Of a DNA stretch of 15,188 bases, positions 1-7,776 are shown piece by piece. A program made the position numbers and the translations under genes. Position 1 is the stretch's first letter. Every line of letters begins with the position of its first letter. The DNA lies in NCBI GenBank assembly GCA_964247135.1, contig CAXTTL010000117.1, positions 1-15,188 of the forward strand, written 5' to 3'. This stretch comes from an uncultured Deinococcales bacterium. Lineage in GTDB: Bacteria > Deinococcota > Deinococci > Deinococcales > JAAFIG01. The notes beneath the pieces are model-generated. The model made no database searches. It was not told the origin of the DNA and saw nothing but the letters and a program-made list of their open reading frames with translations.

Positions 1-279
1 GATAGGCTTGAGCCTCGAGCGGCTTGGAGCAACGAAAGTCATCTTGCCTGCAACGCAAGTCATTTTTAAAAATTTACGCCTTGAAAACAACACCGTCTCG
101 AGTTTTGCCTATTCGCACTGGTTGAAACTCAGAATTCCTCGAGAACCTGTGTGGCACTTAAAATTTGCTCAAAATTTAAGTACTTGGTCAGAACTCGAGC
201 GCGATCAACAACGCCGCTCGAAAAAGCAAAAAATTGTTAAGAAACCGCGCAAGCGTGATTTGAAGTCTGCGACGGGCAT

Positions 280-311
280 TTGACACGGAATTCCCAAACT
301 GCGTATAGAAT
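280..311 (+). promoter_or_regulatory. Putative sigma-70-type promoter, probably giving a leaderless transcript of the DUF2207 gene
   Basis: TTGACA at 280-285 and TAGAAT at 306-311, 7 nt before GTG 319, with no Shine-Dalgarno. The -35/-10 spacing is non-ideal (20 nt, or 18 nt to TATAGA). Confidence 0.5.
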
Positions 312-318
312 TAATGTT

Positions 319-2163
319 GTGAAGCCCATACTGCGATTGATTCTGGTTGTGTTGATGCTCTCGGGCATGGCAGCCGCCAAAGATTTTAAGTTCGCCAAAA
401 TCGAACAAGACGTCTACCTTCAAGCCTCCGGTGTGACCCGCGTGGCAGAAACCCGAACCTACGATTTTCAGGGAACGTATCACAACGCCTTTATCACGAT
501 TGATCCAGCCGCAAACGGCACTGTTACCTTTGACAAGGTTGAGGCGATTGACGGCAAAGCCTTTTACGGCTCGAGCGTTGAGGGCAACAAGATCAAATGG
601 CAGTACGACGCCACCGACGAACAACGCACGTTTAAGATCACCTACACCTTGACAAACGAGTTAAAAGTTTCTGACGATGCGGCGCAGTTTGACCGCCAGG
701 TCTTGTATTCAGACCACAAAGACGTAGACCAGTACATCGTGCGGATTCATGCGCCCAAGCCAAACCCAAGTCTGTTTCGGGTTTTCGTTTTTAACACCCA
801 AAGCCGCATCGGTAAACTCGACATCGACACGGCTCGGGGCATCGCCACGATCAACATGAAACCTGTCGGCGAGGGAGAGTTTGTTCGCACTCGGGTCTTC
901 TTGGCACCGGATCAATTCAATGTTCGCAACATCAAAGGCAAGACGTTCTCGAGTTGGATCACGGAAGTCAAAAATGAAACCCAGGGTTTCAGGGATGCCT
1001 CGAGCGCGGCGATCAACCGTGGTTCGGTGGATTCTGGCGGGTTTGCGCCGCCGCCACCACCGCCGCCGCCGTGGCAACAGGGTTTGCCAGTCGTGCCAGT
1101 TTTGTTGCTCGGTGGTTTTGTCTGGACGCGTTTTCAAAAATTTGGACGCGAACCGGTGGTTCAAGACATTGGACCGTACTACCGCGAACCCGCCCAAGAA
1201 ATCGCACCAAGTTATGTGCCGTACCTTTTAACCCAAGGCAACCCGGGCGCGGGTGCGCTCGGTGCGGCGATCAGTGCAACCCTGATTGATTTTACGCGAA
1301 AAGGTTATCTCAGCCTGCTCAACGTTCATCGCAACGGCGTGTTTGGCATTGGCGCGAGGGATGAAACACATTTCAAACTCGAGAAACGCCCGACTGGCAA
1401 GCTCAGCCCGTTTGAAACCGAGATGTGGCAAATCATCGAAGCGGCGCACGGCGGCGACGGGATTCTCAGCCCGAGCGAACTCAAAGCTTACTTTCAACAG
1501 AGCACCAGTTTGGCGAGCACCCTCAGCGCCCTGCCTCGAGATTCGTATGAGCAGCAATACGGTCATCTGCTCGATCAAGCCAGTGAATCGCAAAAAGGTT
1601 GGACGATTGCCGTGGGCATCTTGGGTGCTGTGGTTTGTTTGGGAGCGGCTTTCTTTTTGAACCTGTCGCCAGGAATCTCGGCAAGCTTGGTCGTGGTTGG
1701 TGTCGGCTGCGGGATTTTGACGGCGGTCGCCGGTTCGGTGCTCTCGAAATGGAATGCCGACAAACTCTTAAATGCCCGCAAATGGTTGGCGTATAAAAAA
1801 TTCCTCTCCGACTTTTCGCAAATCAAAACCGCCCCACCCGAACATTTCAAACTCTGGGATTATCATTTTGTTTACGCCACCGCACTCGGGGTCGCCACCC
1901 AATACATTGGCAACGTCAAACGGATTGCCGAGAGCAACCCAGGTTGGGTTCCAGTGCCGTACTGGATGGGCGGCGGAGGCATTGACAACTTTGGCAATGC
2001 CGTCAGCGCTCTGGAAAGCATCAACAGCCTCTCCGACATCGCCAGCAACCTCGGCAACCTGCAAAGTGCACTCAGTGACATCTCGAGCGGGTCGGGCGGC
2101 GGATTTGGTGGCGGTTCAAGCGGCGGCTCGAGCGGCGGCGGCGGAGGAGACGGCGCTTCTTAA
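319..2163 (+). CDS. DUF2207-family membrane protein (signal peptide, extracytoplasmic N-domain, TM segments, Gly/Ser-rich tail)
   Basis: The long ORF 280..2163 probably starts at GTG 319, which gives a signal peptide (MKPILRLILVVLMLSGMAAAKD). Motifs typical of DUF2207: 'AISATLIDFTRKGYL', 'W..YKKFLSDFS', 'LWDYHFVYATALGV' and a C-terminal GGGFGGGSSGGSSGGGGG. It lies next to lemA. Confidence 0.85.
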   Translation: MKPILRLILVVLMLSGMAAAKDFKFAKIEQDVYLQASGVTRVAETRTYDFQGTYHNAFITIDPAANGTVTFDKVEAIDGKAFYGSSVEGNKIKWQYDATDEQRTFKITYTLTNELKVSDDAAQFDRQVLYSDHKDVDQYIVRIHAPKPNPSLFRVFVFNTQSRIGKLDIDTARGIATINMKPVGEGEFVRTRVFLAPDQFNVRNIKGKTFSSWITEVKNETQGFRDASSAAINRGSVDSGGFAPPPPPPPPWQQGLPVVPVLLLGGFVWTRFQKFGREPVVQDIGPYYREPAQEIAPSYVPYLLTQGNPGAGALGAAISATLIDFTRKGYLSLLNVHRNGVFGIGARDETHFKLEKRPTGKLSPFETEMWQIIEAAHGGDGILSPSELKAYFQQSTSLASTLSALPRDSYEQQYGHLLDQASESQKGWTIAVGILGAVVCLGAAFFLNLSPGISASLVVVGVGCGILTAVAGSVLSKWNADKLLNARKWLAYKKFLSDFSQIKTAPPEHFKLWDYHFVYATALGVATQYIGNVKRIAESNPGWVPVPYWMGGGGIDNFGNAVSALESINSLSDIASNLGNLQSALSDISSGSGGGFGGGSSGGSSGGGGGDGAS

Positions 2164-2224
2164 TTTGGGAACGATAATCAATCAAAACGCGTATTGAAAA
2201 ACAGTGGTTTCACAGGAGGAACAC

Positions 2225-2773
2225 ATGGGATGGATTGTCTTATTGGTGATCGTGGTCGGACTCGGAATTGTACTCGTCGGCATTTTCAACAACATCACCA
2301 GCCTCGAGAATCGCGTGGCGAATGCTTTGTCGCAAATTGATGTGCAATTAAAAAAGCGCGGCGACCTGGTGCCAAACCTGGTCAACACCGTCAAAGGTTA
2401 TGCCGCACACGAAAGCGGCGTGTTTGAAACCGTCACCAAAGCCAGGTCGATGCTGCAAACCGCCAACACCGTCGAAGAAAAAGCCGCCGCCTCGAGCGCC
2501 CTTTCCGGCGCACTGCGCACGGTTTTTGCGGTCGCCGAAAATTACCCGCAACTCAAAGCCGACACCAGCTTTTTAAACCTTCAATCCGAACTCTCAGACC
2601 TTGAGGGCAAAGTCGCCTATTCCAGGCAGTTTTACAATGACACTGTTTTAATGTACAACAACTCGATCACCACCATTCCTGGCGTGTTTTTGGCGGGTCC
2701 AATGAACAAAACCAAAAAGAGCATGTTTGAAGCCAGCGAGGGTGATCGTGCCGTACCAGAAGTGAAGTTTTAA
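2225..2773 (+). CDS. lemA: LemA family protein
   Basis: N-terminal TM helix, 'IDVQLKKRGDLVPNLVNTVKGYAAHE', 'AVAENYPQLKAD..F..LQ.EL...E.KVAYSRQFYND.V..YN'. SD AGGAGG at 2214-2219 selects ATG 2225. Confidence 0.95.
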   Translation: MGWIVLLVIVVGLGIVLVGIFNNITSLENRVANALSQIDVQLKKRGDLVPNLVNTVKGYAAHESGVFETVTKARSMLQTANTVEEKAAASSALSGALRTVFAVAENYPQLKADTSFLNLQSELSDLEGKVAYSRQFYNDTVLMYNNSITTIPGVFLAGPMNKTKKSMFEASEGDRAVPEVKF

Positions 2774-2786
2774 ACAAGCGAATAAC

Positions 2787-2827
2787 AAAATCTCGAGCAT
2801 CAAAATACTGATGCTCGAGATTTTTTT
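2787..2827. terminator. Bidirectional intrinsic terminator built from CTCGAG-containing repeats
   Basis: AAAATCTCGAGCATCA (2787-2802), loop AAATAC, TGATGCTCGAGATTTT (2809-2824), with a T7 run at 2821-2827. It lies between convergent genes. Confidence 0.85.
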
Positions 2828-2839
2828 GATGCTCGAGAT

Positions 2840-3370
2840 TTAAGCTTTTTTCTCGTCGTCTTTGGCTGCGTCTGTCGCTACTTCTTTGGCTTTGTCGCCG
2901 CCACCGAGCAAACCGCCCAACAAGTTCTTCGCGCCTTCAAACACACCCTTGGCTGCACCTTCGACGGCGTGAACAACATCTTCGGCAACGTCTTTGGCTT
3001 TTTCAAAGGTGTCTCCAGCAACTTCGGCGGCTTTGCCTGCCAGGTCTTCGGCGGCGTGTGCGGCTTGACCAGCGGCGTTGCTGGCTTTGCCCATCAAGTC
3101 CCCAGCCACCTCTTTGGCTTGTCCAGCAACTTCACCCGCCTTGCCTGCCAAGTCACCGGCAACATCTTTGGCTTTGTCGGCTGCGCCCGCTGCTGCTTTT
3201 GCGGCAGAATCTGCCATATTGCCTGCTGTTTTGGCGGCAGAATCGACGGCTCCCGCTGCGGCATGTGAGGCATTTCCAGCCACGTCGGCTACTTTACTGG
3301 CGGCAGTGTCCGCTGCGATTGTGGCGGTTTTGGCTGCGGCGTCTGCGGCATTTTTGACTTCGTCGGACAT
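2840..3370 (-). CDS. Ala/Lys/Asp-rich repeat protein (LEA/apolipoprotein-like amphipathic helical repeats)
   Basis: 176 aa with imperfect 11-mer repeats (AKDVAGDLAGK, AKEVAGDLMGK, AAHAAEDLAGK, AAEVAGDTFEK). SD AAGGAG precedes ATG 3370, and a TAGAAT -10-like box lies at 3423-3428 (minus strand). Confidence 0.8.
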   Translation of the reverse strand: MSDEVKNAADAAAKTATIAADTAASKVADVAGNASHAAAGAVDSAAKTAGNMADSAAKAAAGAADKAKDVAGDLAGKAGEVAGQAKEVAGDLMGKASNAAGQAAHAAEDLAGKAAEVAGDTFEKAKDVAEDVVHAVEGAAKGVFEGAKNLLGGLLGGGDKAKEVATDAAKDDEKKA

Positions 3371-3462
3371 GATGATCTCCTTGTTAAATACTTGAACTCA
3401 TCTGGCATTGCCAAACTCGACCATTCTACGACTTCGAGCCGTGAAAAGTTCCAGGTGAAAGA

Positions 3463-6400
3463 TCAATGGCTCGAGTGTTGCCAATCTTGTAAACTCGAAA
3501 CGCCCAAATCAGCATCTTTGGCGTGTTTCAGCGCCTCGGCAATCCAGGTCGCCGCCTCGAGCGTGGTGTAGTGCGCCGTGCCATTCTCGAGCGCTTGGCG
3601 CAGATACTTGGATTCGGTCAGGTCAATCACCAAGTCTGGCAGGGGAAACTCGAGGTTCGCGGTTTCCAGGGTTGTCACAGTCCAACCGCTCGATTTGAGA
3701 CTTTGGGCGACCGGCTCGAGGTTTGCACCGATGAGAACCGCGCTGCCAGTCAGGGGCAGTTTGACATTTGCACCCAACTGGGCGCGGTAGTAGGCAATGT
3801 AAGGATCGCGGTCGATGCCCATGCTCTCACCCGTGGATTTCATTTCGGGTCCAAGTACCGGAATCACGCCCGCAAACTTCAGGAATGGCAAATGAACCTC
3901 CTTGGCGCTGTAAAAATTGGGAACCGGTGCAGTCGTGAAATTCAAATCCTCGAGCGTCTTGCCCGTGGCAATCAATGCCGCGTATTTTGCCAGCGGATGC
4001 CCGATGGCTTTGGAAACAAATGGCACGGTGCGGCTGGCTCGAGGGTTCGCTTCAAGCACGAAGACCTGTCCCTGATAAATGGCATACTGGCAGTTCATCA
4101 AGCCTTTCACGCCAATCTCGAGCGCCAGTTTTTTGGTGTGGGTGTGAACTTCCTCGAGCAATTTGGCTGAAAGGTGAACGGGCGGCAGCACGCAGGCGCT
4201 GTCGCCCGAGTGAATGCCTGCGGCTTCGATGTGCTCCATCACGCCAGCGATCACGACATTTGTACCGTCGCAAAGGCAGTCCACGTCCAACTCGAGCGCC
4301 CCCTCGAGGAATTGATCGAGCAGAATACTCGGGCTGCCTTCAACGGCGCTGTAAACGTCCGCCAGGTAGGTTTCGAGTTCGGATTCGCTGCGCACCACCC
4401 GCATGGCGCGACCGCCGAGCACGTAACTCGGGCGTGCCATCAGCGGATATCCCAGGCTCGAGGCGAGGGTCATGGCTTCGCTGGCATTGTTTGCCACTGC
4501 GCCTTTGGGCTGAGGAATGCCCAGTTGGGTGCAGAGTTGATTGAACTCGAGCCTGTCCTCGGCTTTGTGAATCGCGCTCGGTGATGTGCCAATAATCGGA
4601 GCGCCCGCCGCCTCGAGCGGTTTGGCGAGTTTCAGCGGTGTCTGCCCGCCGAGTTGCACGATCACGCCGACGGGTTTTTCGTGCTCGATGATGTTCATGA
4701 CGTCTTCAAAGGTCAGCGGCTCGAAGTACAGTCGGTCGGCGGTGTCGTAATCGGTCGAAACCGTCTCAGGGTTGGAGTTGACCATGATGGTCTCATAGCC
4801 CGCCTCGCGCAGCGCCCAGACCGCGTGAACCGTGGCGTAATCGAACTCCACGCCCTGCCCGATGCGGTTTGGACCGGAACCCAAAATCACAATTTTGGGT
4901 TTATCGGTGGGGCGCACTTCATCCTCCCATTCGTAACTCGAGTAATGGTAGGGCGTGTAGGCTTCAAATTCGGCGGCACAGGTGTCCACGGTTTTGTAAA
5001 CGGGCAAGGCTTTGGCGGTTTTGCGCAAGCTCCGAACCTCGAGTTCGGTATGCCCAACAATCTCACCGATTCGGGCGTCGCTCAAACCCAGGCGTTTGAT
5101 CTCGCGCCAGATTTCGTATTTCCAAGTTTCAATGTTTCCCAAGGTTAAGATTTCTTTTTCGGCTTCTAGCACCTCGAGCAACTGATACAAGAACCAGCGA
5201 TCAATCTTGGTTTTCTCGAACAGATCATCCACACCCATGCCGCGCCGCAACAGCTCGAGCACCGCCATGAAACGTTTTGGGGTCGGGATCAACAATTGCT
5301 CGAGCTGCGCCAAGTTCATGTCCTCAAAACCGCCGCGAATGTCGGATTCGAGGCTGCGGAAGGCTTTCATAAAGGATTCCTTGAAGGTTCGCCCAATTGC
5401 CATGACCTCACCGACGCTGCGCATTTGCGTGCCGAGGGTTTCGGGCGTGCCTGGAAATTTCTCAAAGGCGAAACGCGGAATTTTGGTGACCACGTAATCG
5501 ATGCTCGGTTCAAAACTGGCTGGCGTGCTTTTGGTGATGTCATTCGGCAGTTCGTCGAGGTGATAACCCACCGCCAGCAGCGCCGCAATTTTGGCTATCG
5601 GAAAACCCGTGGCTTTGGATGCCAGCGCACTGCTTCTCGAGACCCGAGGGTTCATTTCGATCACGATGATCTCGCCGTTTTTTGGGTTGACCGCAAACTG
5701 AATATTGCTGCCGCCCGTGTCCACGCCGATTTCGCGGATGATGGCGAGGCTGGCGTCGCGCAGTTTCTGATAGTCTTTGTCCGATAAGGTTTGCGCCGGC
5801 GCGACCGTGATGCTGTCGCCCGTGTGAACGCCCATCGGGTCAAAGTTTTCGATGCCGGTGATGATCACCACCGTGTCGTTGTGGTCGCGCATGACCTCGA
5901 GTTCAAACTCTTTCCAGCCGAGCAAGCTGCGCTCGAGCAGCACGGTATGAACGGGGCTGTCATGAAGCCCTTGGGTGATGATTTTGCGCAACTCGAGTTC
6001 GTCGTAAGCGATACCGCCACCCGTGCCACCGAGCGTAAAACTGGGGCGGATGATTGCGGGATAACCAATTTGGGTTACAAACTCGAGCGCTTCCTCGAGG
6101 CTGCCGATGGTTTTGCCCTGCGCGGTTTTGATGCCAATTTTGTGCATGGCTTGCGCGAACAACTGACGGTCTTCACCTTTTTGAATCGCCTGCACGTTGG
6201 CGCCAATCAATTCCACGCCGTACCTCTCGAGTATGCCAGCCTCGGCAAGCTCCAAGGATCGGTTTAATGCGGTCTGCCCGCCCAAAGTCGGCAGCAGCGC
6301 ATCGGGTCGCTCGAGTTCGATGACTTTGCTTAAATACTCCAAGGTTAATGGCTCCAGGTAGGTGCCGTCGGCGAGGTCTGGGTCGGTCATGATGGTGGCA

Positions 6401-6552
6401 GGGTTGCTGTTTACCAGAACGACTTGATATCCCGCATTTTTCAGGGCTTTGACGGCTTGGGTTCCCGAATAATCGAACTCGGCGGCTTGCCCGATTTGAA
6501 TCGGTCCCGAACCAACGATCATGATTTTTTTGAGGTCTTCACGTTTTGGCAT
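3463..6552 (-). CDS. carB: Carbamoyl-phosphate synthase large subunit
   Basis: '[33 protein letters not shown]', two ATP-grasp halves ('[24 protein letters not shown]', '[16 protein letters not shown]', '[16 protein letters not shown]'). SD AGGAG at 6558-6562 selects ATG 6552. Confidence 0.98.
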   Translation of the reverse strand: MPKREDLKKIMIVGSGPIQIGQAAEFDYSGTQAVKALKNAGYQVVLVNSNPATIMTDPDLADGTYLEPLTLEYLSKVIELERPDALLPTLGGQTALNRSLELAEAGILERYGVELIGANVQAIQKGEDRQLFAQAMHKIGIKTAQGKTIGSLEEALEFVTQIGYPAIIRPSFTLGGTGGGIAYDELELRKIITQGLHDSPVHTVLLERSLLGWKEFELEVMRDHNDTVVIITGIENFDPMGVHTGDSITVAPAQTLSDKDYQKLRDASLAIIREIGVDTGGSNIQFAVNPKNGEIIVIEMNPRVSRSSALASKATGFPIAKIAALLAVGYHLDELPNDITKSTPASFEPSIDYVVTKIPRFAFEKFPGTPETLGTQMRSVGEVMAIGRTFKESFMKAFRSLESDIRGGFEDMNLAQLEQLLIPTPKRFMAVLELLRRGMGVDDLFEKTKIDRWFLYQLLEVLEAEKEILTLGNIETWKYEIWREIKRLGLSDARIGEIVGHTELEVRSLRKTAKALPVYKTVDTCAAEFEAYTPYHYSSYEWEDEVRPTDKPKIVILGSGPNRIGQGVEFDYATVHAVWALREAGYETIMVNSNPETVSTDYDTADRLYFEPLTFEDVMNIIEHEKPVGVIVQLGGQTPLKLAKPLEAAGAPIIGTSPSAIHKAEDRLEFNQLCTQLGIPQPKGAVANNASEAMTLASSLGYPLMARPSYVLGGRAMRVVRSESELETYLADVYSAVEGSPSILLDQFLEGALELDVDCLCDGTNVVIAGVMEHIEAAGIHSGDSACVLPPVHLSAKLLEEVHTHTKKLALEIGVKGLMNCQYAIYQGQVFVLEANPRASRTVPFVSKAIGHPLAKYAALIATGKTLEDLNFTTAPVPNFYSAKEVHLPFLKFAGVIPVLGPEMKSTGESMGIDRDPYIAYYRAQLGANVKLPLTGSAVLIGANLEPVAQSLKSSGWTVTTLETANLEFPLPDLVIDLTESKYLRQALENGTAHYTTLEAATWIAEALKHAKDADLGVSSLQDWQHSSH

Positions 6553-6576
6553 CTTCACTCCTGATGATGTGCGTCA

Positions 6577-6623
6577 ATTGTATAACCCGTGCAAATATAC
6601 CCGAAAAACTGCATAAAAATACA
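6577..6623 (-). promoter_or_regulatory. carB-proximal -10 element with tandem ARG-box (ArgR)-like operator
   Basis: TACAAT on the minus strand at 6577-6582. TGCATAAAAATACA (6610-6623) matches TGMATWWWWATKCA at 13/14. A weaker box, TGCAAATATACCCG (6590-6603, 10/14), is offset by 20 bp. Confidence 0.55.
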
Positions 6624-6645
6624 AGCCCCCAAATTTGGGGGCTTG
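6615..6645 (-). terminator. Intrinsic terminator upstream of carB and downstream of the envelope-protein gene
   Basis: Perfect inverted repeat CAAGCCCCC-AAATTT-GGGGGCTTG (6622-6645), followed on the minus strand by TATTTTT. Confidence 0.85.
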
Positions 6646-6675
6646 CGAAAGTCCTATCTCATAACCCAAGTGAGC

Positions 6676-6703
6676 AGTTTAGCAGGTCTGGCGCTGGAAT
6701 CAA
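6676..6703 (-). promoter_or_regulatory. Putative promoter pointing towards the terminator and carB
   Basis: Minus-strand TTGATT (6698-6703), a 16-nt spacer, then extended -10 TGc-TAAACT (6676-6684). Confidence 0.4.
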
Positions 6704-6739
6704 TAGGCTTGACGGCATTGCGAGTTTATACACTCGAGC

Positions 6740-7495
6740 TTATGGTTTAAAAGCGCCCTCGATGCCCAAAGAACCTGGTTTGAGGGCGATCAAGCCGCGC
6801 AAGCCGACCACAAAGCCGCCGTTTGTAAAGGCGTTCGAGAACAAGTTGTTGTAACCCGCGTAAAGCCCCAACTTAAATTGCGGCACGATGGTGTAGTACA
6901 AACCGCCGATCAAGCTGTAGCTCGCATTGGCGGTGCTGTTGTTAAAACCAGCCTCGCCCCGAGCAAACAATTCAATGCTTTTGACCGGCTCAAAAAACAG
7001 ACCGACGGTGCCGTTCGCGCCGTAAAACACCGCGCCAGCCGAAAAGTTATAACCAAATTCGCCCGATGCGGCTGCCAGGAATTTCAAGTTCGGCATAATC
7101 ACATAATTGATATTGATGCCAGCATTCACATCAGCCGCGACAGCGACGGCAGGAACAATCGCCACGTCAACGCCAACCCCAATTGGCACATCAACGAACA
7201 AGCTCGAGGTTTTGACAATGCTGACCACGTATTTCGCGCCGACCCGAGAAGCCAAAGAAAACGTGCCGACGCCCGTGTTGGGGTCAATCACAAAGCGTGG
7301 GCTGAGGCTTGCGCCAACAAAAAGTCTTGGCATGACTTCGATGCTGTAATTGAGGCTCGCACCAATCGAGAAATTAAATTGATTGCCTTGAAACACGGGC
7401 GCATCGACCGCCGCCGAAAATCCGTCTGCGAAGGCACTCGAGCTTAAACCAATTGCAATGAGGGCGACCAAGGATTTTAAGATGTTGCGTTTCAT
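6740..7495 (-). CDS. Secreted beta-strand-rich protein, probable outer-membrane beta-barrel of unknown family
   Basis: SD AAGGAG precedes ATG 7495. Signal peptide MKRNILKSLVALIAIGLSSSAFA|D. The mature chain is made of alternating Gly/hydrophobic strands with aromatic ends (GASLNYSIEVMP, GININYVIMP, GGLYYTIVP). Confidence 0.7.
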   Translation of the reverse strand: MKRNILKSLVALIAIGLSSSAFADGFSAAVDAPVFQGNQFNFSIGASLNYSIEVMPRLFVGASLSPRFVIDPNTGVGTFSLASRVGAKYVVSIVKTSSLFVDVPIGVGVDVAIVPAVAVAADVNAGININYVIMPNLKFLAAASGEFGYNFSAGAVFYGANGTVGLFFEPVKSIELFARGEAGFNNSTANASYSLIGGLYYTIVPQFKLGLYAGYNNLFSNAFTNGGFVVGLRGLIALKPGSLGIEGAFKP

Positions 7496-7763
7496 GTATT
7501 GCTCCTTTTGGGCATCAAACGTTCCCGTTGAACGTTTACTTATGTGTTGCACCCTAGGGTACAAAGACCACAAACTGATGCCAAAGAGATGAAGAATTCA
7601 TCTCAAAAATGAGTATCTCGAGAATCATGAGGAAATCCCCAAGCAGCCGAAGCTGTGTCACACGTCGCAGCTCAATTCAATTCGGGCTTGCGTGAAGGTT
7701 TCTTTAAACTTGTGACGCTGACGAAAATGACCCGTTCGGCTCGAGTTCGCCTGCGAATCGGGG

Positions 7764-7769
7764 TACACT
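7764..7769 (+). promoter_or_regulatory. -10 element of an apparently leaderless guaA transcript
   Basis: TACACT lies 7 nt before ATG 7777 and no SD is present. This arrangement is common in Deinococcota. Confidence 0.65.
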
Positions 7770-7776
7770 AGCCGTC

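Noticed and set aside
157-180. Imperfect AT-rich inverted repeat CTTAAAATTTGCTCAAAATTTAAG
   Set aside because: Low complexity and mismatched, so plausible by chance in AT-rich intergenic DNA.
8-283. 91-aa ORF on the + strand upstream of the DUF2207 gene
   Set aside because: TTG start without SD, no recognisable motif, AT-rich promoter-like DNA, and it ends on the TTGACA box. It is probably intergenic, although the tail of a gene entering from outside the window cannot be excluded.
2090-2155. GGC-rich repeat at the DUF2207 3' end
   Set aside because: Encodes the Gly/Ser tail typical of this family and is not an independent repeat element.
2787-2841. Short repeats resembling a mini CRISPR array or IS ends
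   Set aside because: Units are ~15 bp with no unique spacers, and there is no cas gene, transposase or target-site duplication in the window.
3523-6267. Series of long + strand ORFs antisense to carB (likewise those antisense to guaA, infB and nusA)
   Set aside because: Shadow ORFs expected from codon bias opposite conserved genes. They lack SDs and protein-like motifs.
6574-6669. 31-codon minus-strand ORF starting TTG just after the TAAACT box (MGYEIGLSQAPKFGGLYFY...)
   Set aside because: It runs through the terminator and operator, has a weak start codon and shows no informative amino-acid bias. No support as a leader peptide.
7496-7573. N-terminal extension of the envelope-protein ORF in the ORF track (similarly rimP 13896-14063, lemA 2204-2224 and carB 6553-6558)
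   Set aside because: Clear SD sequences and signal-peptide or family N-termini place the true starts at 7495, 13895, 2225 and 6552.
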